A program made the translations under genes and the position numbers. The notes beneath the pieces were generated by a model. It was not told where the DNA came from, did no database searches, and was given only the letters and a program-made list of their open reading frames with translations. From contig NC_057719.1 of NCBI RefSeq assembly GCF_004010195.1, positions 91,256,852 through 91,276,851 of the forward strand: 20,000 nucleotides of DNA. Direction: 5' to 3'. Of this stretch, positions 1-12,455 are shown in pieces. Numbering within the stretch: the stretch's first letter is position 1; the number at the start of each line of letters is the position of its first letter. This DNA comes from Chiloscyllium plagiosum (Eukaryota).

Positions 1-501
1 TCTGTACTGTACTTAGTTTAAAAGATAAAACGTTTTAAAACCCATATTTATTTGACTAAGCCTTGCTATTCTCATGAAAGCACAGCCAGTAATTCTACTG
101 GCAATGAGCATTGCTCGAGGAAGTAGAAATATTCTGCTGGTAAAATGTGCTAAATAACCAAGTTTTACGTTTATCCTTTTAAGTAGTATAATGCAAAGCA
201 AATATGCCTAACTGATGCTCAGACGTATCACACTACTTTTTTGCATGACAGGTGCAGGTTAAAGGGTCAGGTGATATTAATCCAGCCATCAGCTGATCAC
301 TGACCAGGGCATCCAGTAGCATAAGAAACATAACTGAGGGCAGTGAAATTTGCATCAATTAAACCAGTCAATGCAAAATATACCAAGCATTTTAAGTGCT
401 TCCACAATATAGATTTGCCAAGTTCATGAATTAATGTTGAGGGTTAAAAAAATTGAATTGAATGATTGTCACTTGCATTTTCAGTGAATAATAGTGAAAA
501 G

Positions 502-675
502 TATCATAGTTCAATGTATGATTTCAAGTTACATCACACTATAAACTTTTGCTGTAAATTCTGTGTCTTACAATTGTGTACTCCACAACCACCTGATGAA
601 GGAGCGGTGATCCGAAAGCTAGTGCTTCCAATTAAACCTGTTGGACTATAACCTGATGTTGTGTGATTTTTAACT
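502..675 (+). mobile_element. Penelope-like element (PLE) 3' terminal fragment with hammerhead motif
   Basis: Flanked by a 13-bp direct repeat TAATAGTGAAAAG (489-501 and 676-688), read as a TSD. Contains cac-CTGATGA-..-GAAAGCTA-gtg. Same terminal repeat as 3063-3175, 3666-3753 and 15906/19512. Confidence 0.75.
590..624 (+). ncRNA. Minimal type I hammerhead ribozyme motif (PLE-associated)
   Basis: Stem I cac/gtg, core CTGATGA, stem II GGAGC/GATCC (1 mismatch), GAAA, palindromic AGCT stem III, CUA cleavage triplet. Confidence 0.6.
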
Positions 676-954
676 TAATAGTGAAAAGATTCAACTGCCA
701 CAGTCAGGCAACTAGATACTTTGCCACAAGGATCATGCTCAAATGCCAATAAGACCCCACAGCACGGTCTCATCTTACAATTTGATATTCTGCAACACTG
801 AGGATACAAATGCAGATATGGATCTTATTGCTACCCTAACACTTCATATCATCAATTTAGTTCTTATGGTCCTGTAGAAATAGTGCAGAGATATCAGATA
901 AAATGTATATTTGAGAAGCTCTGATTTAGTATCTCTCAAAGACAGGGGGATATG

Positions 955-1180
955 TTCAAAGTTTGTGAGAAGAGCCGAGCTGGGAATTGGTGTTGCAGAC
1001 GTTTCGTCCCCTGTCTAGGTGACATCCTCAGTGCTTGGGAGCCTCCTGTGAAGCCCTTCTGTGATGTTGCCTCCAGCATTTATAGTGGTTTGTCTCTGCC
1101 GCTTCCGGTTGTCAGTTCCAGCTATCCGCTGCAGTGGCCGGTGTATTGGGTCCAGGTCAATGTGTTTGTTGACAGAATCT
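955..1180 (-). mobile_element. Penelope-like element 3' fragment (end of GIY-YIG ORF plus terminal repeat)
   Basis: Minus frame gives DSVNKHIDLDPIHRPL, homologous to NSINKHIKLDPIYH at ~11570-11610, followed by a hammerhead motif. Confidence 0.8.
995..1034 (-). ncRNA. Minimal type I hammerhead ribozyme motif with intact core
   Basis: Minus strand reads gca-CTGAGGA-t-GTCACC-tagaca-GGGGAC-GAAA-C-GTC-tgc: stem I gca/tgc, ACGT palindromic stem III, GUC triplet. Confidence 0.7.
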
Positions 1181-1207
1181 GGGGGACATGGTCTCCTTCT
1201 TTGTATT

Positions 1208-2445
1208 TGGGAAATCATGTCTCACAAACTTGATTGAGTTTTTTGAAGGAGTAACAAAGAGGATTGATGAGGGCAGAGCGATAGGTGTGATCTATAAAGC
1301 AGTAAGGCATTCAACAAGGTTCCCCATGGAAGACTGGTGAGCAAGGTTAGATTTCATGGAAGAACTCACCATTTGGACACAGAGCTGGCTCAAAAGGTAG
1401 ACGACAGAGAGAGTAGTGGTGGAGGGTTGTTTTCCAGACTGGAGGCCTGTGACCAGTGGTGTGCCACAAGGATCGGTGCTGGGTCCACTATTTTTCATCA
1501 TTTATATAAATGATTTGGATGCGAGCATAACGGGTACAGTTAGTAAGTTTGCAGATGACACCAAAATTGGAGAGGGAAGAAGGTCACTTTAGATTACAAC
1601 GGGATCTTGATCAGATGGGCCAATGGGCTGAGAAGTGGCAGATGGAGTTTAATCTAGATAAATGGGAGGTGCTACATTTTGAGAAAATAAATCTTAGCAG
1701 GACTTATACACTTAATAGTAAGGTCCTAGGGAGTGTTGCTGAACAAAGAGACCTTGGAGTACAGGTTCATATCTCCGTGAAAGTGGAGTCGCAGGTAGAT
1801 AGGATAGTGAAGGTGGCATTTGGTATGCTTTCCATTATTGGTCAGAGTTTTGAGTACAGGAGTTGGAAGGTCATGTTGCGGCTGTACAGGACATTGGTTA
1901 GGCCCCTGTTGGAATATTGCGTGCAATTCTGGTCTCCTTCCTATCAGAAGGATGTTGTGAAACTTGAGAGGGTTCAGAAAAGATTTACAAGGATGTTGCC
2001 AGAGTTGGAGGATTTGAGCTATATGGAAAGCTTGAATAGGTTAGGGCTGTTTTCCCTGGAGCGTCAGAAGCTGAGGTTTACAAAATTATGAGGAGCATGG
2101 ATAGGATAAATAGACAAAGTCTTTTCCCTGGTGTCGGGGAGTCCAGAACTAGAGGGCATAGATTTAGGGTGAGAGGGGAAAGATATAAAAGAGACCTAAG
2201 AGGCAACTTTTTCACACAGAGGGTGGTATGTGTATGGAATGAGCTGCCAGAGGAAGTGTTGGAGGCTGGTACAATTGCAACATTTAAAAGGCATTTGGAT
2301 GGGTATATGAATAAGAAGGGTTTGGAGGGATATGGGCCGGGTGCTGGCAGGTGGGACCAGATTGGGTTGGGATATCTGGTCGGCAGGGACAAGTTGGACC
2401 GAAGGGTCTGTTTCCATGCTGTGCATCTCTATTACTATGACTCTA
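1208..2445 (+). mobile_element. CR1 LINE, 5'-truncated (ORF2 RT C-terminal part plus 3'UTR)
   Basis: Frameshifted RT motifs [51 protein letters not shown]. 3' end ctctat..gactctat tail. Confidence 0.95.
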
Positions 2446-2854
2446 TTTCAAACTAGCAGAATAGCACTTGGAGAGCTGTACTAATTATTTATTTCCAGTT
2501 AAAAGACAACTAGAAGCAACTCAAAATTCCAATTTGAATTTCAGACAAAATTGAAATATTATTTTTCATTAGATTTTAAAAAGTAACATTCTGCTTAAAA
2601 TTCCATTTTAAGGTTTTACCATATTAAAAGGAACCATGTAAATACGAAGAGCTGCTGTTAAGCCACAACATTATTTAGAACAAAACCTGGGTGCTTTACA
2701 ATAAAAAATCTTGATCAATATAGAAAATACTAAGGAAATACCATTATTTGAAAGGTCATAGAAACATTAGGAGTGGCCAAAAGTTTCAAAATCCCACATA
2801 ATTCAACCATAAAACTGTAGCGAGATGAAAGCAAGATCATGCAAATGGCTAGAA

Positions 2855-3015
2855 AGCTGTGACAAAAACTAAAGTGCTGGAAACACCCAGCTGATCAGCC
2901 AGCACCAAGGGGGTGAACATGATAGTTATTGTTTCAGGCCTGAAATATCAACTTTTTCTTTCTCTCCACAAATGCTGACTAACAGGCTGTGTATTTCCAA
3001 CAGCTTTCTATTGTA
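2855..3015. repeat. Old inverted-repeat PLE-derived short element
   Basis: gtgctggaaacacccagctg... is imperfectly inverted against ...caggctgtgtatttccaacagc around a central gtttcaggcctgaaat. Resembles the ends of the 6919-8410 element. Confidence 0.4.
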
Positions 3016-3062
3016 ATTTAAGCTAATACAGCTGCTCAGTGCAAAGCATCATTAAATTCACA

Positions 3063-3753
3063 GAATGTGGAGGTGCCGGTGTTGGACTAGGTTAAAAATC
3101 ACAACACCAGGTGAGAGTCCAACATGGTTTATTCGGAAGTACAAGCTTTCGGAGTGCTGCTCCTTCATCGGGTGGCTAGTGTGGAGCGTGTGCGTGCACA
3201 CACACATACTTTCTGTCTCTCCCTCACATGCATGTGTGACACAGAGTCTCTCTCGATCTCTCCCTCACATACATGTGTACACATGTATACGTTTATGGGG
3301 TGAATGTGCATTTTTGTATTTGTAGATACATCTTTGTTCAAAAAGCACACAATATGTCACATGGACTGACTGCCTACAGATTATAATTTCCTACTTTTGG
3401 AAACAGAACCAGTCTGACTCAAGGTTAGGATACAGACAGACTCTAACCTCACACCTTTAATTCATTGTCTGGGCTGAGATGTCACTTTTTTGTATATGAA
3501 ACCTTAAGTTATCGCGGGACTGTGATTTACATATTAATGAACCAAAACCTGAATCCCCATTTTAAGTGATTAAAGGCTTAACAACAATCTAGGTTTGTTC
3601 AATACGTCGCGTCAGTTGTATGACAGTTGGATCTTTTACTATAAATTGTGTCCTATGATTCTGCCCCACTCGCTACCTGATGAAGGAGCAGCACTCAAAA
3701 AGCACTCCAAATAAACCTATTGGATCATAACCTGGTGTTGTGAGATTTTTAAC
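3063..3753 (+). mobile_element. Non-autonomous PLE derivative with inverted terminal repeats
   Basis: 3063-3175 is the reverse complement of ~3666-3753, both with degenerate hammerhead cores. 10-bp TSD TAAATTCACA (3053-3062 and 3754-3763). Confidence 0.8.
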
Positions 3754-4699
3754 TAAATTCACATAGATTGCAAGATTCTTTCAGGATACAATCAATATCA
3801 TGAGACATGTTCCAAAGGCTCAAAGTTGCAGGCACAGTGTGACTTTGGCACCAAACCAAGGAATCTGATTTAGTGAGGGAGAAGAACGAAGCAATGAACT
3901 GAAATTAATTGCTGGGCAATACTAAAGTTTACTGCTGCATTTAATATGATTATATCAACATAACCAAATGTTTTAAAAAGACCACTATAAAATTATACAA
4001 AAGTTCACTCTCAACTAATAGTAGTTTAAACTATTAATATTTATAGAGATTTACAATTGTACAAATAAAGGTCAATCAAGAGCAACTCAATAACTTGAAA
4101 GATAAATGGTTTCAAAATGTTCTTTATTAAAAATCTAAAGCAAGTCTGCTGGTTGTTATGCTAAGGAAGATTCAGCACAGAATGCCTTTCCAGGACTAGG
4201 AGGTGCAATTGTACCTTGGCTTTCAATTATAATATTAAACACCTTTAAAGCAGCATAGACTGGTAACTGATATGCAGAATGCTAACAGATCTAAAGAAAA
4301 GCTCAACCAATTACGACTAACCATAATAACTCAGGGTAATTTAGCATCAATTAGTTAACACTTAAAATAAAATTATCTGCATTGATTCTGCCATTAACTT
4401 TTGGGAGCATCTTTCTTATTGAAAATCTTTTCAAATACAAGAAGATGCTGAAGGATGCAACCTGTTCAGTGAGGCAAGCTTTACTTTTCATTCCTGAATA
4501 TTCACATGGCTGTAAATTCAACTCCTAATGAAGTCATATAACACAAATATTTATCTATGCAGAATCCATCATTTCTAAATAATTCTTCCAAATATTTCAG
4601 CCAAAAAGAACTTTTGCATCTTAATCAATGTTCAAACCTCTCCTAAAACTTGAGTGAATACTTCAGGTTGAGAGTATAATGTAACATGCAAGCTGTGCG

Positions 4700-4900
4700 T
4701 TCATGCTGTCTTTGGATAAGAACAGTAAATAGGGATAATGGGAATCAAATTGGCAGGATTTGACAAGTAGTGTTCCATAAAAGGTGTGTGTTAAGGCCTC
4801 AATTGTTCAAATTATTTATTAACGATTTGGATGTCTAGTTAGTGAGGGTGACTAGACATCCAAAGAGTCTTGTTTTCATGCTGTTTGACTATATGACTCT
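4700..4900 (+). mobile_element. Old CR1 fragments
   Basis: Degenerate WQD.TS.VP...LGPQLF.LFINDLD-coding sequence, then a CR1-type tail ctatatgactcta. Confidence 0.6.
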
Positions 4901-5124
4901 AAATAGAAAATACCATATCAATGCAAATACAGTAAAACTAACTGGTCAGACTTTTATTGTGAGCAATACACAGACTAGTTCCTTGACCATTCAGAAAGTA
5001 TAGGTGGAACAATGCATCTAAATGAGCAGTGCAGGAACTGTATTTAAAGGGACCCTGACAGGGTTCTCAAAGTCAGCAGTTGTTACAGTATAGAGGATCC
5101 CAGTGTAACTATCCTCAAGGTCTG

Positions 5125-5705
5125 ACTCTATTTATCTTATCCATGTCCCTCATGATTTTATCAACCTCTATAAGGTCACCCCTCAGCCTCTGACACTTTA
5201 GGGAAAAACAGCCCAGCCTGTTCAACCTCTCCTTATAGCTCAAATCCTTCAACCCTGGCAACATCCTTCTAAATCTTTTCTGAACCCTTTCATGTTTCAC
5301 AACATCCTTGCGATAGGAAGGAGACCAGAAGGGCACGCAATATTCCAAAAATGGCCTAACAGCCATTTCTACAGCCTCAACATGACCTCCCAACTCCTGT
5401 ACTCAATACTCTGACCAATAAATGAAAGCATACCAAACACCTTCTTCATCATCATATCCACCTGCAACTCTACTTTCAAGGAGCTATGAACCTGTACTCC
5501 AAGATCTCTTTGTTCAGCAACACTCCCGAGGATCTTACCTTTCAGTGTATAAGTCCTGCACTGATTTGCCTTTCCAAAATGCAGCACTTTGTATTTATCT
5601 GAATTAAACTCCATTTGCCACTCCTCAGCCCATTGGCCCATCTGATCAAGATCCTGTTGTAATCGGAGGTAACCTCCTTCACTGTCCATGACACCTCCAA
5701 TTTGG
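5125..5705 (-). mobile_element. CR1 LINE ORF2 fragment
   Basis: ORF track gives LQQDLDQMGQWAEEWQMEFN and LEYCVPFWSP...RVQKRFRRM. Close to the 1208-2445 copy. Confidence 0.93.
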
Positions 5706-6280
5706 CAGGATGTATCCAGTGGTGTGCACAAGAATCAGTGCTAAGGCCTCAATTGTTCACATTATTTATTAATAACTTGGATATTGGATAAAGTCATCTA
5801 TCCAAATTTGCTGTTGATACAAAGTTAGGTGACTTGTAGGCAACGTAGATGATATGCCCCTCAATTTTGTAAACCTCTATAAGGTCACCCCTCAGCCTCC
5901 AACGCTCCAGGGAAAACAGCCCTAGCCTGTTCAGCCTCTCCCTATCGTTCAAATCCTCCAACCCTGGCAACATCCTTGTAAATCTTTTCTGAACCCTTTC
6001 AAGTTTCACAACATCTTTCTGATAGGAAGGAGTACTGTGTCCAGTTTTATTCCCTGTATTTAAAAAATAATGTATTAACATTGGAGGCAGTTCAAAAGAA
6101 ATTCACAAGGCTGAAGGGATTAATTTATCACAAATAGCTGAGCAGATTAGGCCTTTATTCATTAGAAGAATAATGAGTGATCTTATTAAAATATTAAAAT
6201 ATCCAAGATTCTGGAGGGATTTGACAAGGTAGATTTTGAGAAATGCTTCCACTAGTGGGCAAAGTAGGGGACATAGAAGA
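5706..6280 (+). mobile_element. Old CR1 fragment interrupted by a younger minus-strand CR1 piece (~5856-6032)
   Basis: Plus strand: degenerate SGV.Q.SVL.PQLF, SKFA.DTKLG, EYCVQF. Inner minus piece: PSYQKDVVKLERVQKRFTRMLPGL. Confidence 0.8.
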
Positions 6281-6918
6281 ATTCCATAGGACTCACTTTT
6301 TCACTCTTTAATATAGTATTGTGTTCTTTAGTTAAACTACAGCTTCCAGCTTCAGCCTTCCTCTGCTTGCTGACTTTTAAAAACAAAACAAAACAAAACT
6401 CCAACTTCACAGTCCAGTTCTGTCCTCAATAAAGTATCAGATATAGAAATCTCAGTCCACTGTGGACTGAGAAAGGATAGATCAAAGTATTTTCGTTGGC
6501 ATGAAGTTAAATACAGTTGATTAAATCAAATCTTAGCTCTTAGCTAGGTTCAAACCTCAAGCATTGTATTATTGTGCTTGTGTGCACTTACAAATCAACA
6601 AAGTAAACAACCTCAAATTCATCTTAAACTCAAAACAGGAATCTACATTTTTAACTCTTGGTATAAAAGACAAAAGGAAACTACACCCATCACCGATTAT
6701 AAATAAAACTGAGAATACTAGGATTAATTTTGGGGGCACTCAGAGGACAACCCAAAACAGCAAAGTTCAAGTGCCTCACGGTCACGGGGATTCAGAGATT
6801 AAATTATATATATCTTTATGAACTTAAGAGACACTCTGGCTTTAATAGAAATAACGTAATAATTTGTGCAGTAATAAAACTGTAACTACCTCCAGTCACA
6901 AAGCCCTTCAGGAACTCT

Positions 6919-8410
6919 GAGTTGATAAAGTGCAGAGGTGTGGAGCTGGAAAAGGCACAGCAGGTCAAGAAGCAGTGGAGCTAGAGAGTCGATGTTTCGG
7001 GTCAGGAACCCTTGACCAGGACTGGGAAGGGGTAAGGGGCTCACCCTTAGCGGCTTTTCCTTTGCATCCTCCTACTTATGAACCAGAGGGCTGGCTATGG
7101 GCACCCGCATGGGTTCAAGCTATGCCTGCCTCTTCATGAGATACGTGGAACAACAATTCTTCCGCAGTTAGACCGGCACCAGTCCCCACCTTTTCCTCCA
7201 CTACATTGATGACTGTACCAGTGCTGCCTTGTGCTCTCACGAGGAGCTCAAACAGCTCATCAACTTCACAAATACCCACTACCTTGACCTCAAAGTCACC
7301 TGGACCATCTCTGATACCTCCCTCCTCCTCCTGGACCTCTGTCTTCATGCCCGGCAACCGATTTAACATCGACATCTATGTCAAACCCACCTTTCAACAA
7401 TGCCCTCAACCACATCTCCTCCAGTTCCCACACCTCTGCCCTGAAACCACCCCCCACTCTCCAACCAGCCAAAACAAGGATACAGTCCCCCTGGTCCTCA
7501 CATTCCACCCCACTAATCTCCAAATCCAATGCATCATCCTCCACCATTTTCACCACCGACAGGCTGACCCAGCAAAAAGATATTTTACTTCCCCACCGCA
7601 TCTGCTTTCTGTCGGGACTATTTCCTCTGCAACTCCCTCGTTAGGTCCAAACCCCCCAGCAACTTCTCCTCCACATTTAGCACCTTTCCCGGCGACCGCA
7701 GGAGGTGCAACACCTGCCCCCCCACGCTTCCCTCTTACCTCCGTCCAATGCCCCAAAGAATCATTCAAAATCTGGTAGAGATCTACCTGCATTTTCTCCA
7801 ACCTGATTTATTGCATCAGTTGCTCCCGGTGTGGTCTCCTCAAATTGGAGAGACCAAGCACAAACTCTGGGACTCGTTCAGGGAACATCTATGATCCATA
7901 GGCTCCAATCAACCCCACCTTCCAGTTGCCAGCTATTTCAACTCCCCCTCCCCCGATAAGTCCACCCTCCTCCATTGTCAAAATAAAACTGGAGGAAGAA
8001 CAGCTCATCATCTGCCTCGGGAGCTTACAAACATATGGCCTCAACATAGAATTCACCAGCTTCTGAATCTCCCCACCTCATCCCATGTCCAGCTCTCTCT
8101 CTCCACCCCCTTGACCTGACCTAACTTGTCCATCTGCCTTCCCATGTATCCACTCTACCCTTCCCACTGACCAATCACAACAATCACCTTCTGCATCCAT
8201 CTATCACCATCCCACCTATCTTCCCCCCAGCCACGCCACAATCCCCTCCCTCTTTTTATTTCTCAGGCCCCTTCCTCCTCCCTAGTTTGATCAAGGTTCC
8301 TGACCTGAAACCTCAAGTCTCCTGCTCCCGATGCTGCTGGACCTACTGTGCTTTTTCCAGATCCACACTCTCGACTCTGACTTTCCAGCATCTGCAGTCT
8401 TCACTGCCTC
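6919..8410 (+). mobile_element. Penelope-like retroelement, 5'-truncated (RT C-terminus plus GIY-YIG endonuclease) with inverted 5' terminal repeat
   Basis: Frameshifted GLAMGTRMGSSYACLFM, FLHYIDDC, NLIYCISCSRCGLL..IGETK, GLNIEFTSF*. Ends ~6925-7026 and ~8280-8370 are inverted copies. 10-bp TSD CAGGAACTCT (6909-6918 and 8411-8420). Confidence 0.9.
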
Positions 8411-9047
8411 CAGGAACTCTTACACAACTCACACTTCCTTGGCAACTATCTGGGTAAGATGCCAGTAGCCATAAAACCTCTCTCTTTCCTTCATTCATTT
8501 AAGACCATTAGACAAAGGAGCAGAAATTAGGCCAATCGGCCTATCAATGCTGCTCCACCATTCAATTACGGTTGGTAAGTTTCTCAACTACATTTTCCCT
8601 GTAACCCTTGATACTCAAGAACCTATCTATCTCAGTCTTGAATATATTCAATGGCCTGGCTTCCACAGCCTCCTGTGACAATGAATTCTACTCTGTGGCT
8701 GAAGAAGTTCCTCCTTAGCTGTTCTAAAAGGTCTAAGGCTGTGACCTCAGGTCCTAGTCTCTCCTATCAAAGGAAACAACATCCCAACATCAACTCTGTC
8801 CAGGCCATTCATTATTCTGTATGTTTTAATTAGATGCCCCCCACCCCATCCTTCTGAACTCCATTGAGTATAGACCCACAGTCCTCAAACGTTCCTCACA
8901 TTAAGCTTTTCATCCCTGGGACCATTGTCGTGAACCTCGGCTGAACACGGTTCAGGGCTGGTACATCCATCCATAGATGTTAGACTCAAACCTGTGCACA
9001 ATACTGCAAATGTGATCTGACCAGAGCCTTATAGAGCCTCAGAAGTA

Positions 9048-9665
9048 GATAACAGACAATAGACAATAGTTGCAGGAGTAGGCTATTCTGCCCTTCAAGC
9101 CTGCACCACCATTCAATAGGATCATGGCTGATCATCCAGATCTCTTTGTACTGCTCCTTAACCTAAATTGATTCCACTTAGGTAGTAATCTGCCTTCCTG
9201 TTCTTGCCAAAGTGGATAACCATACATTTATCAACATTAAACTGCATCTGCCATGCATCTGACCACTCACCTAACCTGTCCAGGTCACCCTGTAATCTCC
9301 TAACATCCTCCTCACATTTCACCCTGCCACCCACTTAGTATCATCAGCAAATTTGCTAATGTTATTACTAATACCATCTTCTATATCATTAACATATATT
9401 GTAAAAAGCTGTGGTCCCAGCACTGATCGCTGCGGTACCCCACTGATCACTGCCTGCCATTCCGAAATGGAGCCGTTTATCACTACTCTTTGTTTCCTAT
9501 CAGCCAACCAACTTTCAATCCAAGTTAGTACTTTGCCCCCAATACCATGCGCCCTAATTTTGCTCACTAACCTCCTATGTGGGACTTTATCAAAAGCTTT
9601 CTGAAAGTCCAGGTACACTACATCTACTGGATCTCCCTCGTCCATCTTCAGAGTTACATCCTCAA
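9048..9665 (-). mobile_element. Nested CR1 insertion with internal deletion
   Basis: Tail (agacaat)n; ORF DVVYLDFQKAFDKVPH...[13 protein letters not shown] direct repeats at 9043-9047 and 9666-9670. Confidence 0.85.
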
Positions 9666-9930
9666 AAGTACATCCCTGCTTTTGAATTCAAGCCCTCTCA
9701 AAACAAATGCCAACATTTCATTTGCCTTCCTAACTACTGACTCAACCTGCAAGTTTACCTTGAGGGAACCCTGGTCAAGAAGTCCCAAGACTCTTCGCAC
9801 TTCAGACTTCTGAATTTTCTCCAAGTTTAGAAATTAGTCCACGCCTCTATTCTTCCGACCAAAGTGCATGACATTACACTTTCTCACATTGTACTCCATC
9901 TGCCACTTCTTTGCCCACTCTCTTAACCTG

Positions 9931-10060
9931 GTTAGAGACAAAGAAACTGCAGATGCTGGAATCCAAAGGAGACAAGCAGGAGTCTGGAAGAACACAGCAA
10001 GCCAAGCAGCATCAGGAAGTGGAGAAGTCAATGTTTCGGGTGTAACCCTTCTTCAGGATT
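9931..10060 (-). mobile_element. PLE terminal-repeat fragment with hammerhead core
   Basis: Homologous to 8280-8410 in reverse. Minus strand reads CTGAAGA-a-GGGT-tac-ACCC-GAAAC. Confidence 0.75.
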
Positions 10061-11109
10061 CCTCTCCGCCTCCTAAATGCTACCTGCCCCTCTACCTATC
10101 TCAGCTTCATCTGCAAACTTAGCCAGAATGCCCTCAGTTCCTTCATCTTGATCGTTAATGTATCAAGTGAAACGTTGTGGTCCCAACACTAAGTCTTGCG
10201 GAACATCACTTGTCACCAGCTGCCATCCTGAGAAAGACCCTTATATCGCGACTTTCTGCTTTCTGCCAGACAGACAAGCTTCTATCAATGAGAGCACCTT
10301 GCCTCTGACACCATGGGCCATTATCTCACTTCGTAGCCTCCTGTGGTGGTACCTTGTCAAAGGCCTTCTTGAAGTCCAGGTAAATACTGGCTCTCCTTGG
10401 TCTAGCCTGCTTGTTACTTACTCAAATAATTCTAGCAGATTTGTCAGGTATAACCTCCCCTTGATTGAACCATGCTGACTTTGTCCTATTTTATCATACA
10501 CTTCCAAATATTCAGAAATCTCAATGGATTCCATGATCTTACCCATGACTGAGGTTAGACTAATCAGTCTGTAATTTTCTATCGTTTGCCTTACTCCCTT
10601 TGAGAAACCGTGTCGTCTTAAATGTGACACATTTGCTACAGAGAATGCAGGAAAGTGCTTGTTCAAAGGAACTGGGGACATCTGTTCTTAGTGTCAATGG
10701 ATCGGTGTAAATAAGGTGATAACATTTGTTCACTTGTGGAATGTGTGGCAGTACTTCCTTCTCACGACAGAGGCGCATATTTCACAATAGGATGCAGAAT
10801 AACTAAAAATTGCTGGATTATAGCAAAGACTCCTAATAAAACTCATACTCAATAGGAAAAGAACCTGTAATTTAATGAGCTGAGTGGAATATGCACGTAA
10901 TAGAACAATGCTGATATATTTTCATGTATAACACACTGAGCAGATTTGAATTTATGAAGCTCAATTCCCTCATCTTGACTGTCCTGGAATGTAGCGTCCT
11001 ATTACCCTTACAGGCTAGGGGAACACAAAGGCTGAAAGTGGCATAGTAAGGAAGTTGTGTGAGCGAGAGAGATAAAACTTTCTTCTGTAAATTGCATTCA
11101 TTGACTGAA

Positions 11110-11310
11110 GGGAGGGAGAGAGAGAGACAGAAAAAGAAAGAGAGGAAGAGAGGAAGAGAAAGAGAAAAAGAGAAAGAAACTACAAAAGAAAGAAAAAGAA
11201 CGAAAGAAAAAGAACGAAAGAAAGAAAGAACGAAAGAAAGAAAGAACGAAAGAAAGAAAGAACAAAAGAACAAACAAACGAACGAACGAATGAATGAACG
11301 AACGAAAGAA
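11110..11310. repeat. Compound purine-rich microsatellite (GA)n/(GAAA)n/(GAAC)n/(GAAT)n
   Basis: Directly visible simple repeat. Confidence 0.95.
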
Positions 11311-11373
11311 CTCGAGATCTGGGAATGTTGTGATTTTAATTTGCATTCTGGGAATGTAAGATGATTTTAAACT

Positions 11374-11822
11374 GGGCAAACAGGCAGAAAACTAGCCACC
11401 AGGATACATGAACACTAACCAGCCACAAAAAGACATGACCCTCTCTCGCTGATATCCTTACTTACTGATGAGGAAGGACACCACTTCGACTGGGACAACA
11501 CATCCATCCGAGGACAAGCCAAACAAGGACATACACGAGAATTCCTGGAAGCATGGCATTCCAAACGGAACTCGATCAACAAACACATCAAGTTAGACCC
11601 CATCTACCACTTCCTGAGAAAAGGAACAGGAAGTGACTTCACCACAGAAAATATCACCACCACAAGAAATGACATCACCAACCCAAAAAAACCCAAACAT
11701 ATAAATAGAAAGCAAGAATTTTCAGCAGTGCTTCACCTGAGGTCCACTGAAGATGTTACCTAGTAGAGTGACGAAACATCTGGAAATGAACCTTCAAGCT
11801 CAGCAAGCAAACATACATCCAA
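11374..11822 (+). mobile_element. Penelope-like element 3' fragment (GIY-YIG C-terminus plus terminal repeat)
   Basis: GQTGRKLATRIHEH*...FDWDN...REFLEAWHS..NSINKHIKLDPIY. Hammerhead motif at 11743-11784. Confidence 0.88.
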
Positions 11823-11829
11823 AATATAT

Positions 11830-12455
11830 GCAAGTCTAGAAAGGTGGCAGGACAGGTAGACAGCAAACTAATAAAACATACAATATTGTAGGTTTCATTA
11901 ATAAAGGTACAAGACAGACTGGGCAACAGCTGGAGTACTGTGTGCAGTTCTAGGTATTACACTTTAGGAAGGATGTGAACACAATGGTGAAAGAGCAGAA
12001 AAAGTTTATGACAATGGTTCCAGGGATGAGAAACTTTAGTTGAGGATAAATTGCAAAAGCTTGTATTGTTTTCTGTTCAGGAGAAGGTTGATAGAAGTTT
12101 TCAAAACCATGAGAAATTTGAACAGGGTAGGTTAGGAGAAACTGTTCCTAGTCAAGACAGGATCAAAAACCATACAGCCCAGATCTGAAGAAGTGTTTTG
12201 TAAAATAAGCAACCACAAGATGACAAAAAATTCTCACACAACCAGTAATTAGAATCTGATATGTGCTGCTTAGAAGCGGGTGAAGACAGGTTCAACTGAA
12301 GGTTTCAAAAGATTATTAGATAATTATTTAAATAAAAACAAATGTACAAGTTTTAAGGAAAAGACAGGAGGTTGGCACTAAGTGAAAATGCTCCATGAGC
12401 CAGTGGAGACATGATGGGCCAAAAAGCCTCATTTTGCACTGTAATGATTCTGTGA
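11830..12455 (+). mobile_element. Old, degenerate CR1 3' part
   Basis: QLEYCVQF*..HFRKDV..EQKKFMTMVPGM-like sequence, then a 3'UTR-like atgatgggccaaaaagcctc..gtaatgattctgtga. Confidence 0.75.

Larger units (their letters stand above)
8500..10600 (-). mobile_element. CR1 LINE (3'UTR to RT) with nested insertions
   Basis: Tail aagaccattagac.. at ~8500. LREWAKKWQMEYN and NYRLISLTSVMGKIMESI..SQHG motifs. Interrupted at 9048-9665 and ~9931-10060. Confidence 0.88.

Noticed and set aside
256..269. AGGTTA-aa-GGGTCA DR2-like nuclear receptor site
   Set aside because: Single short imperfect motif with no supporting conservation evidence.
1549..2456. Long ORFs of 180 aa and 122 aa
   Set aside because: Frameshifted pieces of CR1 ORF2, not host genes.
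7206..7778. 190-aa Pro/Ser-rich ORF
   Set aside because: Mostly off-frame reading of a decayed Penelope RT/endonuclease region.
10872..11379. K/E/R-rich and F/S/L-rich ORFs
   Set aside because: Artefacts of the GAAA microsatellite.
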